A DNA stretch of 23,303 nt. It comes from Welwitschia mirabilis. Its lineage: Eukaryota. Numbering within the stretch: position 1 is the stretch's first letter; each line of letters opens with the position of its first letter. Positions 1-10,708 of the stretch are shown piece by piece. The DNA is taken from NCBI GenBank assembly GCA_051453625.1, contig JBOZIK010000001.1, forward strand, positions 24,039,364 through 24,062,666, written 5' to 3'. The notes below the pieces were generated by a model. That model was not told where the DNA came from and ran no database searches. It saw only the letters and a list, made by a program, of their open reading frames with translations. Position numbers and translations under genes: made by a program.

Positions 1-1
1 G

Positions 2-840
2 TTGATCAAAACAGTTCTCCAAAGCCTCCACAACTTCTGGTGTCATATCTTTATTCTCCCAAAGAAGTTGATGAAGGCTTTTGAATCTACCTGTAGATCT
101 TTTTTGTGGACAGGAAAAGACAAATCAGGCAAGGAATTAGTAGCTTGGCATAAAGTGTGCACTTCAAAGCTAGAAGGAGATTTGGATTTTAAAGATCTAT
201 GCAGTTATAACAAAGTCAACGTCCTTAAAAATCTCTGGGCCATAGTCAACAAGCAGGATTCCTTATGGTATTTAAAAGAATCTAAATTATAGTCAATACC
301 AATTAAGGCATCCTTCTCATGAACCTTCAAGAAGATCCTCAAGCTTAGAGACACAGCCCTGAACTATGTGCAAGTGTTGGATCACCAACTGGTTTGGAAG
401 GGTTCATTCCCTCCATTTTCAGTTTCAGCCTTCTACCAAGTCCTCCATCCGCACTCTTCCAAGCTGAAATGATGTCATTCTTTATGGGGTAAATATAATC
501 AACCCAAACACTCTTTCATAGCCTGATTACTAGTGCATAACAGGCTTATGACAAAGGAAACTTTACTCAGGATTCGCCTCATATCCAACACCTCCTGTGC
601 CTTTTGCAACTTTCCAATTGAACTAAGGGAGCACCTTTACTTCCTCTGTTCCCTCTCTAATGAGGTGTGGAGCAAAATTTTCCAGTTTCTTAAGTTGTCC
701 TCCTTTTTCAGTTGGGATGAAGTGCTTCAACGGGCTTAGTCCTATCTAAAGACTAACTGGGTAAGTATATGTGATTAGAGCCGCCTTCACTACAACCATC
801 TACTGCATCTGGCAACAGAGAAACAATGCAATCTTCAGGA
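2..840 (+). pseudogene. LINE ORF2 C-terminal remnant (post-RT region and zf-RVT zinc finger), interrupted by stops/frameshifts
   Basis: IKTVLQSLHNFWCHIFILPKK...CRSFLWTG...VAWHKVCTSKLEGDL...DSLW matches the plant L1 post-RT consensus. PKHSFIA*LLVHNRLMTK...CAFCNFPIELREHLYFLC...VW is the zf-RVT CxxC..E..HLFFxC motif. TIYCIWQQRNNAIF at ~793-837. Confidence 0.9.
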
Positions 841-975
841 ATTCCTCGTCCGCTTCCAAGGCCACGTGTATAAGCTTGCTTCTAGTTAGTAAAATTTAAC
901 ATTCAAGTGCATTTATCTGGTACTAAATCAATTAAAGATACCCTTTCCAATAGGCAATGGTGCTATGATCTCAGC

Positions 976-1098
976 ATCTACCCAAACATCAAGTAATTCC
1001 CTGCTCTCAGCTCCATTTCTCCATTGTCTGTGGCTATCTATCCAGACTTCAAGTAATTCCCTACTCTCAGCTCCCTTTCTCAATTGTTTGCTGCTATC
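976..1098. repeat. Imperfect 60-bp tandem repeat, 2 copies
   Basis: aagtaattccct(g/a)ctctcagctcc(a/c)tttct begins at 991 and again at 1051; period 60. Confidence 0.9.
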
Positions 1099-1799
1099 AA
1101 TTGTTCTGTGCCTTGCAGTTCCCATCCATCAGCTAATGAGATTTCCTGCAGGCGTTTTTAGCCAATTCTTGAAGACTGGCTTTTGTTTATCAAGGCCGGT
1201 AAACAGAGATCTGTTTCTTCTTGGCCTCAATTCCAGAATCTGGTCATCAATATACCTTGAAAGGATCCTGAATCATTAGCGATGCGCCCTTTGGTGTGCT
1301 ATTAGATGGGCCTTCAGGAATACAAGCATGTGGAATGAAGACTCTTTGACCCCTTGATGCGATTGTCTCAAAGGATTTTCCTCAAATCCTACTGAAGTAG
1401 ATAAAGGATCTGCTAGGCAGCAACTAATAGATTCCTTTTCCTCTATAATGTATCTGCTCTCTGGTCTATTCTGATTAGTGCAAGGGTTTTTTAAGCTTAT
1501 CGTCAGGCCCTGCTCAGACGGCCTAGTCTCGATTGAGTGCAGCAGTTCGATGCGCTTGATTGTAGGAACAGGGGATAGCGGTGTGAAGACCTGCCTTCAT
1601 TCTAGGGCTCGTTTGGCTTGTTTGCAGCTCGTTATTCTCTCCTTGTCCTCCTATTTGGTGTTTAGTTTCTGGCTTCTCTCCAAATCCCTAGGTAGTCTTC
1701 TATGCTTCTCAAAGGGTTTGTACCTTTCAACTTTCTTCTCAGGTAATAAATCATTATTTTTCAAAGAAAAAACAATTCCAATCATCATTACGTTCATTT

Positions 1800-4700
1800 T
1801 ATAGAAACAATCATAAAAAAGAAAACAAGCATACTAGAACATCTCTATATTAAAGATTACAATAATAAAAATCTAAATAAAGGAAATATTCTTTTCTTTT
1901 CTTTCTTTTAATAATAATTAAAATATTCAAAATGTATCAAATCACATCTTACTAAAGTACTTAAAGAAACTAAACCATACCTCGAACTATGTCAATCCTA
2001 GAAACATTCTTCCATGCTCATATGACCATGTCCATGGATTGGTGCAATGAAGGTAAACAAAATAAAGTATAATTCAAGCATAATTATTAAAATATAACTC
2101 TTTATTTAAGATTCATATAACTATGCTATAAGTCAATAAAATAAGTGATAAGCCAAAGACTATTTATGTTACTTAGCCTATTAGGGTAAAAACTCTTACA
2201 AGCACACACATTTAAAGTAAGATAAAGAAAAACGGTAAATGAAGTATTTCTACAAATACAATATTATTTCTAGGTAATTTAACTTAACGCTACTGATAAA
2301 AACATATATACTTAAATTACCTATAAAATTTTATGTAATAATTTTTTATAATTTAAAACATTAATTATAACATTTTTGAGCTCTAAAGAGATATCATAAT
2401 CAAAAAATAATAATTAATTAATTATAAAGCAAGAATAAATTATGATAGTTTTTCATAAACAAGATAAATAATAGGATCCTTGAAATCTAACTTAAACTAT
2501 TTTGGAAATCTAGACATATTAATTCTAAAGTCATCATTTAGGGTTAAAAATTATCAATTTTTAAAAAATTATAGCACTATCACATTACACTAAAATAGCC
2601 ATAACTTTTAAAATATTTTGAGTTTTTAAATGATTCAAGATGTTTTGGAAAGCATATTTAATTCCCCACAATGTAGGATACACAAGTTTGCAGATATCTT
2701 AAGTCATAGGTACCGAAACTCAAGTTAATGACTTACTATTTTTTGCATTTATTTTCTAATGTATTTTAACAAATGAATTTTTTAAAATTCATTATACATC
2801 AGAAAAATTACTATTTTTACATTTTCACATTCATAACACAATCCTAGACTTACAAAAAAAAATTCACTAATTTATACCTAGTTATTAATAAGCTATAATG
2901 TTTTTACCTATGCCTCTATTTTGAAAATTTAACTTTTGCTAAAGAAAATATGATAGAGGTTCAACAACTAATTATATAATAATTTGAAATAGTAAAATAA
3001 TGAATACAGTAGATAAACTCATTTTTTATAGTATAAATTTACTAAATACTACTAATGCAAATCAATTTAGGAAGGAAAATCAAATCAATTCACGAAAGTA
3101 CTTACATTAAGCCTTAGGATTACCATGAAGGAGTACTAGCCTAAAAGAGATTTGTAAGGAGCAAACTTTGCCCCTAATAAAATGGACCTAATGCATAATA
3201 GATAAAAATATAATATTAAAATACACATGGGTATCCAAAAAATTTTTTTTTCCTTTTTGTAGCAAACATCATGGTCACTTGGCCATAATCATCTATTAGT
3301 AACCTCTATTACTAAGCACAAGAGATCTCTCATATCTTCTTAGTGTCTTGGTGAGAGCCAAGGGAAGCGAATAATATTTTATAATATAATTACATAAAAA
3401 CTATAAATAATCCCCTAATGCAATATCACATCATTCCACTAGAATCTTAAAAAGAAATCATATAGACAATAAGAGTAAAGAGCTTACTTGGGAAGATTAG
3501 TAAGTCTTTGATAATTGATTGATGAAGATCCAAGCTTAAAAGTTCCTTAGCTCCAAGCTTCTAGGCTTCAAGATCTACAAGCAAGGGAATGAAAGAAAAA
3601 GAGAAGAAAGAAGGAAATGCACTTCTATAAAAAAATGGAAAGTATTTCCTCTTTGCAATAGAGGAAAGGATCTCTATACAAAGATATACAAAGGTACATA
3701 GCTTAATATTACAAGATCACATGATTGAGCATTGATAAATGAGATTGGTAATAAGTGACATTAGAGTACAGAAAGAGATCATATTTATGACTCATGCACC
3801 TAACTAAGGTAAGTAATCTTCTTGCTTTAATTAGCAAGGTTAATTACATGCATCAATTCCTCATGCCAGTGCCTTCTTAATCCTTTATAGGCTCATAAGT
3901 AAGTCTAATTCATCCAAGACATGCATTAAAAGAATAAATACACAAATCTTATAATTGTCATGTGGCATAATGAGACAAACTCTTCAATTCCAATGAATAA
4001 AACAATAAATATGTTATGAACTAAACACCCTTACACATCTTAAGAAAATAAAACTCTGGTAGAGTAAATCTACTTATTTATTATTCTTAATTCTAGGAAA
4101 GAGTGCATGTACTTGTTCACATGCTCATTTATTTTATAACGCATAAAATCTATCAATCACATAACGCAAGGAAGAAAATGTCTATTCATAATATAGTACA
4201 CCGAATTTAAATAAGTAAATAAGATGTAAAATATATTATTATGTCCTCTTGAAATTTTCAATTTATTAGTTNNNNNNNNNNNNNNNNNNNNNNNNNNNNN
4301 NNNNNNNNNNNNNNNNNNNNNNNNNNNNNNNNNNNNNNNNNNNNNNNNNNNNNNNNNNNNNNNNNNNNNNNNNNNNNNNNNNNNNNNNNNNNNNNNNNNN
4401 NNNNNNNNNNNNNNNNNNNNNNNNNNNNNNNNNNNNNNNNNNNNNNNNNNNNNNNNNNNNNNNNNNNNNNNNNNNNNNNNNNNNNNNNNNNNNNNNNNNN
4501 NNNNNNNNNNNNNNNNNNNNNNNNNNNNNNNNNNNNNNNNNNNNNNNNNNNNNNNNNNNNNNNNNNNNNNNNNNNNNNNNNNNNNNNNNNNNNNNNNNNN
4601 NNNNNNNNNNNNNNNNNNNNNNNNNNNNNNNNNNNNNNNNNNNNGATTTATCATTTTTGGTTTCAAGTAAGAGTGCATGTACTTATTCACATGTTCATTT

Positions 4701-5107
4701 ATTTCATAATGCATAAAATCTGTCAATTACATAACACAAAGAAAAAAATGTCTATTTAGAATATAGTACACCTATTACATACTAAGAATTTAAATGAGTA
4801 AATAAGATGTAAATTATATTATTATATCCTCTTGAAATTTTCAATTTATTAGTTTTATTATATGATTTTAATTCCTCACATAATGTGGTTATCTAATTTT
4901 AAAAGTTTTAATAGCTTTTCTTATAAAAACCTTGTAACATAAATTTTATCATTTTTATTGTAAGTATGAAAGTTACAAACTAAGGTTAATTTGAAATGCC
5001 ATCTTATTTTGATACGGCTTTTAAATAAAAATAAGTAATCATCTAATTAAAAGCTTAATATACTTAATATCTAAGTAAATTAGGTTTACAAAATATGGGA
5101 TGTAAAA
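1800..5107 (-). mobile_element. Degenerate long LTR-like sequence, copy A (gypsy Tekay/Del-like); left boundary uncertain, contains an N gap
   Basis: Minus-strand start resembles T(T)TTACATCCCATATTTT at 5107. CT-rich leader on minus ~3500-3620 ends in a caagtaag donor-like motif. Collinear homology with 5108-7037 (e.g. 3784-3899 vs 6034-6149; 3271-3330 vs 5371-5430). Confidence 0.5.
4272..4644. other. Assembly gap (373 N)
   Basis: Run of N. Confidence 1.
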
Positions 5108-7037
5108 ATTATGTAATATACAAAATAAATTTTAACTAATAAAAATCTACATTAATTAAAAAAAATGAATGCACAAAATTGAATAAAGATAAACAAATTC
5201 AACGAGTTTTAGGATTAACATGGAGGACTATCTAGCATAAATTAGATTGAGGATCACATAATCTACCTTAACAAAATGATTCTAATGTATATATAATACA
5301 TATTGCTACTTTCAAATCAATCAATAACACATAACAAAACATAGGTACCTAAATATTAAAGTAAACACCCTAGTCACTTAGCCAATTATCTATTGGTAAC
5401 ACCATTAACCAAGCAAATAAAGAAATCCCTCAAATCTTTCTTTCATATTAGTTTGAGCCAATTAAAAGGGACAATCTCAATTTTATAAACATTAAAATAA
5501 TCTTATATAATGGCCTAATGTAATACTTTTGTAATGTCACAAATTTCCTTAAGAAAGAAGATATGCATAGAATACAATAAGTATAGAAAACCTACTTGCA
5601 AATATGGTGGTTGGAGGCTTTTACTTGATAAATATTGATGAAGATTGGATGAAGTCCTAAGCTTGAAACCCCAAGCTCCAATCTCCACACTCAAAAGTAA
5701 GAAAATGAAAAGTGAAGAAAAGAAGATGCAAGAGTGAGACAAGAATTTGGTTGCAGTCGCTTGTCTAAAATGAAAAATTGGTTTTTAAGAGAGGAAAGGC
5801 AAAATTGGTTTTTAAAAGAGGAAAGGCTTTATTCATGGGTAAATAACAGACCAAAAGCCCTTGATTCAATTAGTTAAAGACGTTACAAGCATTTTACCCA
5901 TAAGGTAATATAATCACGTTAAAATGGATAAGATTGGTCACATTGAATTAGATAAGATGGGTCACATTGGATAAGATTAATTAAGCTTGAATGATAGGTG
6001 AAATTGATGTATAAACTACAAAAAGACATTATAGTTATGATTTATGCATTTAACTAATGTGAATAATTCTCTTGCCTTAATTAGCAAGGTTACTTATATA
6101 CATCATTTCTTCGTGTTAGTTCCTTCTTAATCGTTCATAAGCTTATAACCATATTTAATCAATTCAAAACATGCATTGAACAATATGTAATACGCATTGA
6201 AAGGACAAATCTTTTTTTATGCACTAATTTCACATGTGTCAAAGTGAGATACTTTTTTAATTTCAATAAAAAATAAATATTTTATAAACAATGTACTTTT
6301 ACAAATATTAAAAAAGATACAAGTCATCATAGAGTTCAATCTACTCATTCATCCTTCTTGGACTATGGATAAAAGTGTATATACTTATTTACATGCTCAT
6401 TAATGCAATGATTCATCAAATCCATCAACACAAAACACAAGAAAAAAGATATCATAATAGAAGTAGTATACTCAAATTTTTATCCAATTTTTTTGCTAAC
6501 TACATTAACTATTTACTTTTACCAAGTAATTTTATTTCTTTTAGCTTGGATGAGACATATGGATAAATTAGTAATTTAAAAATTTAATATGACATTCTTG
6601 TGATTATTTTATTAATGCTTTATGCTTTATTGTAAAATTATCAATTTAATAATTTTCATTGTATATTAGATGGCTTTATATAAATGAAATTATTTTATTT
6701 TAACATTGGGATAGCTTGGTTCTTTTAATCTAAAAATGTTCATACAATAATTATCCAAAAATAGCAAAATTATGAGAACTATCTAAAAATCAAGATTAAT
6801 TACTTAAAATATGTCATCAGCATTTAGAATTCAAAATTAAGCGTAATGCATATTTTTTTGACATAAGGAATACTTATAAGACATCATTGATTATAAAATT
6901 AATATTAGTTCCTATAAAGCTCTAATTAAAAAAAAGGTTTCATATTAAAACAGCAACACCAAATAATGTCATATAATTAAGATATTAATATGCTTAATAG
7001 TTAGGTAATTAAAGATTACAAAATATGGGATATAACA
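5108..7037 (-). mobile_element. Degenerate long LTR-like sequence, copy B (gypsy Tekay/Del-like), 3'-truncated
   Basis: Minus strand begins TGTTATATCCCATATTTTG at 7037, similar to TGTAAC/TATCCC starts of Tekay/Del LTRs. Same terminus as copy A (ttacaaaatatggga at 5086-5100 and 7016-7030). Shares internal blocks with 3080-4200. Confidence 0.55.
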
Positions 7038-7355
7038 TTCTCACTAATGTTTAGAAGCAATATGTGCAAATTATCTTATAAATGAATCATTAAATTTTAA
7101 AGATGTATAGTACTCTTTATGAATGCCTACTTCTGCAGTTCAGTTAAGATTATGTGGAAACATATTCAACTACAAGAAACATTAAATTGTTATTCCTTCT
7201 ATGGTGCATATTCCCTCCCAAGAAGAATTCAAAGCACCTTTGACAAGATAAAGGGTCATGTGCATGCTCATTGTAATCGGGGCAAGGCTAACACATAGGT
7301 TAGCATGGTAGACCCCAATCCCTGACTACATTCTTCCCTTGGTCTTGGCAAAAGT

Positions 7356-7405
7356 CTCCTCGAAGCTGTCTTAACTGGGGCTCCTCGAAGCTGTCTTAAC
7401 TGGGG
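7356..7405. repeat. Perfect 25-bp tandem duplication
   Basis: ctcctcgaagctgtcttaactgggg at 7356-7380 and 7381-7405. Confidence 0.97.
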
Positions 7406-7439
7406 AAATCAAGGGTGCAACAACTACATGCAAAACCGA

Positions 7440-8372
7440 TTGGCTCCAAATATTAAAGCATAATGATGGGATCAATCATCTACTCAAAACTGCTTTATCC
7501 ATGTTCAAGTTTTAGTCTCACTTTCACAACCGACGTTCATATACCATTTGGAGATTGGTCATCTCTAGCTTCCACTATCCTCATGGAGGCCAACATCCTC
7601 TTGGTTATTGGGTACAACCAATCTTAAATTTGCATCATTGAGTTGGTCCAAGAAGTTAATGTGGCTACTACGATGCCTGGCAAAGTTGATGCTCACATCT
7701 TTGGTGTCAAGAGCTTTATCCGCCAAGAGCTTAGCACTTGCTCCTCTGCCCCTACCAAAGATGAAGTATTAGAGGGAACTTCTAATACATAGAATAAGCC
7801 TGGTCTTAGACATCTTACAAATGGAATGGTTCCACCAGTATATTTTTTCTCTTCTACCTTTATATTTGATTTCAAGAATTTGGATGTTTTTGTACTTTCG
7901 TTTTTAGGTTCCACGGGAGAGGGGTCTATAGTTTCTCCTTTGTGCCCACTATCTTCTGTTTAAGATGTTCTGGCTGCTTTTTGCGGGGAGGGTGTAATTT
8001 TCTCCCTTACCCTCAAACTTCTCTCTTTGTTTTTGGCTTTTTCTGATCCATAAAACTTCATATTCCCCCTTCATTTGTGATCTAGAGTTCCATTGAATGG
8101 GCAGTTTACATGAACATGTAACCTCAAGGTTCAACCTCCCCCACCCCACCCAACAATCTTCTAGCTGTTGAAGTCTTTCCACATGCCAATCTTCAAAAAA
8201 TATAAAGCCTGTTGTTGCTTCACGGTTAATCTTCTTCTGGTTCTGCACATTTCTGTGCCCTTGCTTCCAGGGAATATTGAATAATTAATCATCCGAAAAA
8301 ACTGATTAAGGTCCAGGATAGCTTCTGATGATGGTCCTATTGATACATACTGATGGAAACCAAAAAAAAAAA
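7440..8372 (+). mobile_element. Possible highly degenerate LINE 3' end (RNase H-like remnant plus poly-A)
   Basis: Weak resemblance to plant LINE RNase H (KHNDG; STILMEANILL; PGKVDAHIFGVKSFI), a T-rich 3'UTR-like tract at 7840-8060 and A11 at 8362-8372. Confidence 0.25.
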
Positions 8373-9163
8373 GTATTTGAAATCTATATCAAACATGACT
8401 TTCTTATTTTACTCATGATAATTCTTGCGAATTTTTCAACAAACAAACAGGATATAAAAAATAAAAAATGAAAACGTATAAAACTGTACAAGTGAAGAAC
8501 AGGGAAAATAAACAATGAATTAGGTTTTCATCGAGAAATATGATTTTGATAATTTTTCTCATGATAATTCTACATACATTCTATTTGGCAGAATGCTACA
8601 CATCTACAATTGACATCACTAATGTCAGTGCCTAGTAACATTTGCTTCATCTGTAAAATATCCAAAAATGTGCAGGGTCTTGTAAATTGTGTCCGTGAAA
8701 GAAGATCGGCAAAGAGGGAAGTATTATTTTTTAAAATGAATCTAAAAGAATTAGTTTTTCAGACACCAAATATTTCAGGTAACACATAACTTCTTTATCT
8801 CCCAACTAATAATATTAACTGAACATCTCTAGAAAACTCGTGTTACAAAATCAGTTACATCATTGATTTTGATCTGCTTCTGTAGGGTTGATTAAATAAC
8901 TTACAAGAAATATATGTTATTTAAACACAAAATAACAGCTTTCCGATTGAAACTTTACACCAAGCATTAAACTCCACAATAAGCAGACAACTGCCACGCT
9001 GAAAAGCAGTTATCAGAGCTGGAATACAGGGAAAATATCCCAACTGAAAAACTACATCCAGTAAGTAAAGGTGGGATCTGTACATGCTATTGGACTGAAG
9101 CATAGCATGCATGATTCTCAAGCACGTACATTAAACACTCTCAAATTCAATTTGTTAATACTC

Positions 9164-10459
9164 CTACCCACCAAAGTCTGATGTTTCTCCAATACTGTTG
9201 GAGTTTTCCCATCCCGAAAGAAGTGAGCTGTTCTGATCAATTTGACCTGACTGCAAGGAGTTGATCCAAATCCCATTTGGAGAAAAATGTTTTTCTTTCC
9301 TTGTAAAAGATGCATTCACTCTTGGCAAAGGAGAACAGACGGTTATTGGCAGAATCCATTCACTTTTCTCTCTTTCATCTACCATTAACGGATGTTCATA
9401 CTCCGGTTCCACATATTTAGAAGTTGTTATAAATTCAAGACAATGAATCCATTTTAATGTGATGTAATTTGACACAAATGACATTGGTCCATCTAGAGGA
9501 ATCCTAAACATAAATTGTGCATTCACAAGATCTGCCACAACTTTGTGATACTTACTTTGTATCTTTGTAATTAGAGGAGATTGTTTCCGTAAAGGATGAA
9601 CTAAATTGGTATTGATAGACTCTAAATACTTTAGTGTTACTGAAGCCTTAGTGCATCTTCTAGACTCTGAGTTATGGAAAAATTTAAGAACTTATCCAAT
9701 TGTATCACTAAGGTAATGAATAGCATCTGAGTTTTTGCGGAAGAACCGAACTAAGATTTGATCATCTATTTTGATATTATAAGACCTGCCTCTAACAAAC
9801 ATATCCGAAGTTAAAACTTAATTGGTGGTTTCTATATTGTTCAACTCTAGTTGCATGCCATTTTCAGTTTCATCTTTACATATTCCTTTCCAAAGTGATG
9901 GTGACAATGGAGAAGACACTCTAAACGAGCCAAACGCACTTTTGTTTGCATAAAGAGAATTTCTGGGTGTAGTCAAAGGTGACTGTGGGAAGGAGTGTTC
10001 ACTAGATATACTTTCTTGTCTATGGTGATTTCCAGCAATAACCATCTTCAGTAACACTATTAATATCATTTCCCCAGCTCCAAACTAGGCTATCCTTCTC
10101 TTTAAAAAATATTTCCATGTGATGAGGTCATATGCATTCTGAATCATTATCAGTTAACTAGATCTTGTCTTGCAATTCATCATTCAAGTTGTTGGCATCA
10201 TTTGGTGAAGGCCACACATTAATTTGAACCCTTTAACTCCAGTTTATTAGGTTGTATATGTTCAACATCTTTATCATGTTTAAGCATGGCATGCCTTCCT
10301 TACACTGTCATCACAAAATAGTAAAATTAGCGCATAACAGTACCCTTAAATGTTGGTGGAATTGCTTTAGGAAGAGTTGTATATCGTATATGACTTATTA
10401 GTTATTACATCCTTGTTTGAGTACCACATTAGAAGCAATAGAAACTGGAGTGAATCCAT
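9164..10459 (-). pseudogene. RGP1: Processed (intronless) retrocopy of the RGP1-family gene; 5' end runs into the gap, 3'UTR extent below 9164 unresolved
   Basis: Exact exon-exon joins at 10144/10145, 10079/10080, 9864/9865, 9804/9805, 9700/9701, 9646/9647 and 9562/9563. Disabling lesions: GGA>TAA at 9692-9694, GAA>TAA at 9818-9820, +1 nt near 10038, further stops/frameshifts in 10145-10459. Encodes LPKAIPPTFKG...[16 protein letters not shown]...YEHPLMVDEREKSEWILPITV. Confidence 0.93.
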
Positions 10460-10559
10460 NNNNNNNNNNNNNNNNNNNNNNNNNNNNNNNNNNNNNNNNN
10501 NNNNNNNNNNNNNNNNNNNNNNNNNNNNNNNNNNNNNNNNNNNNNNNNNNNNNNNNNNN
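10460..10559. other. Assembly gap (exactly 100 N, likely unknown-size placeholder)
   Basis: Run of N between the retrocopy and the parent exon. Confidence 1.
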
Positions 10560-10708
10560 TATTTAGAAGTTGTTATAAATTCAAAACGAAGAATCCATTT
10601 TAATGTGATGTGATTAGACACAAATGACATTGGTCCATCCAGAGGAATGCTAAACATAAATTGTGCATTCACAAGATCTGCCACAACTTCATGATACTCA
10701 CTTTGTAT
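10560..10708 (-). CDS. RGP1: RGP1 exon (3'-most visible; truncated by gap)
   Basis: Acceptor ttgcaccAG at 10709-10710. [12 protein letters not shown]...[12 protein letters not shown]. Matches 9414-9562. Confidence 0.92.

Larger units (their letters stand above)
1..1772 (+). mobile_element. 3' portion of an L1-clade non-LTR retrotransposon (LINE), degenerate; 5' part is outside the window
   Basis: ORF2 C-terminal motifs at 2-840. Pyrimidine-rich 3'UTR-like stretch ~1480-1745, AATAAA at 1745-1750 and a short A-rich tail (tcaaagaaaaaa) ending ~1772. Confidence 0.8.

Noticed and set aside
965-1804. ORFs 965-1279 and 1478-1804 as small membrane proteins
   Set aside because: Leu/Ser/Phe-rich products of pyrimidine-rich LINE-associated DNA and a tandem repeat; no recognisable domain.
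4157-4726. 189-aa ORF
   Set aside because: Mostly translation through Ns.
5515-5742. 75-aa ORF with signal-peptide-like start
   Set aside because: Comes from the CT-rich leader of the LTR-like repeat; I see no equivalent ORF in the homologous copy A region.
8362-8372. A11 run as the retrocopy's poly-A tail
   Set aside because: Wrong strand: a minus-strand retrocopy tail would read as poly-T on the + strand.
9164-10459. Retrocopy as a functional second RGP1 paralogue or a plain DNA-level tandem duplicate
   Set aside because: In-frame stops (9692-9694, 9818-9820 and others) and frameshifts rule out a full product. Exact loss of every intron rules out simple DNA duplication.
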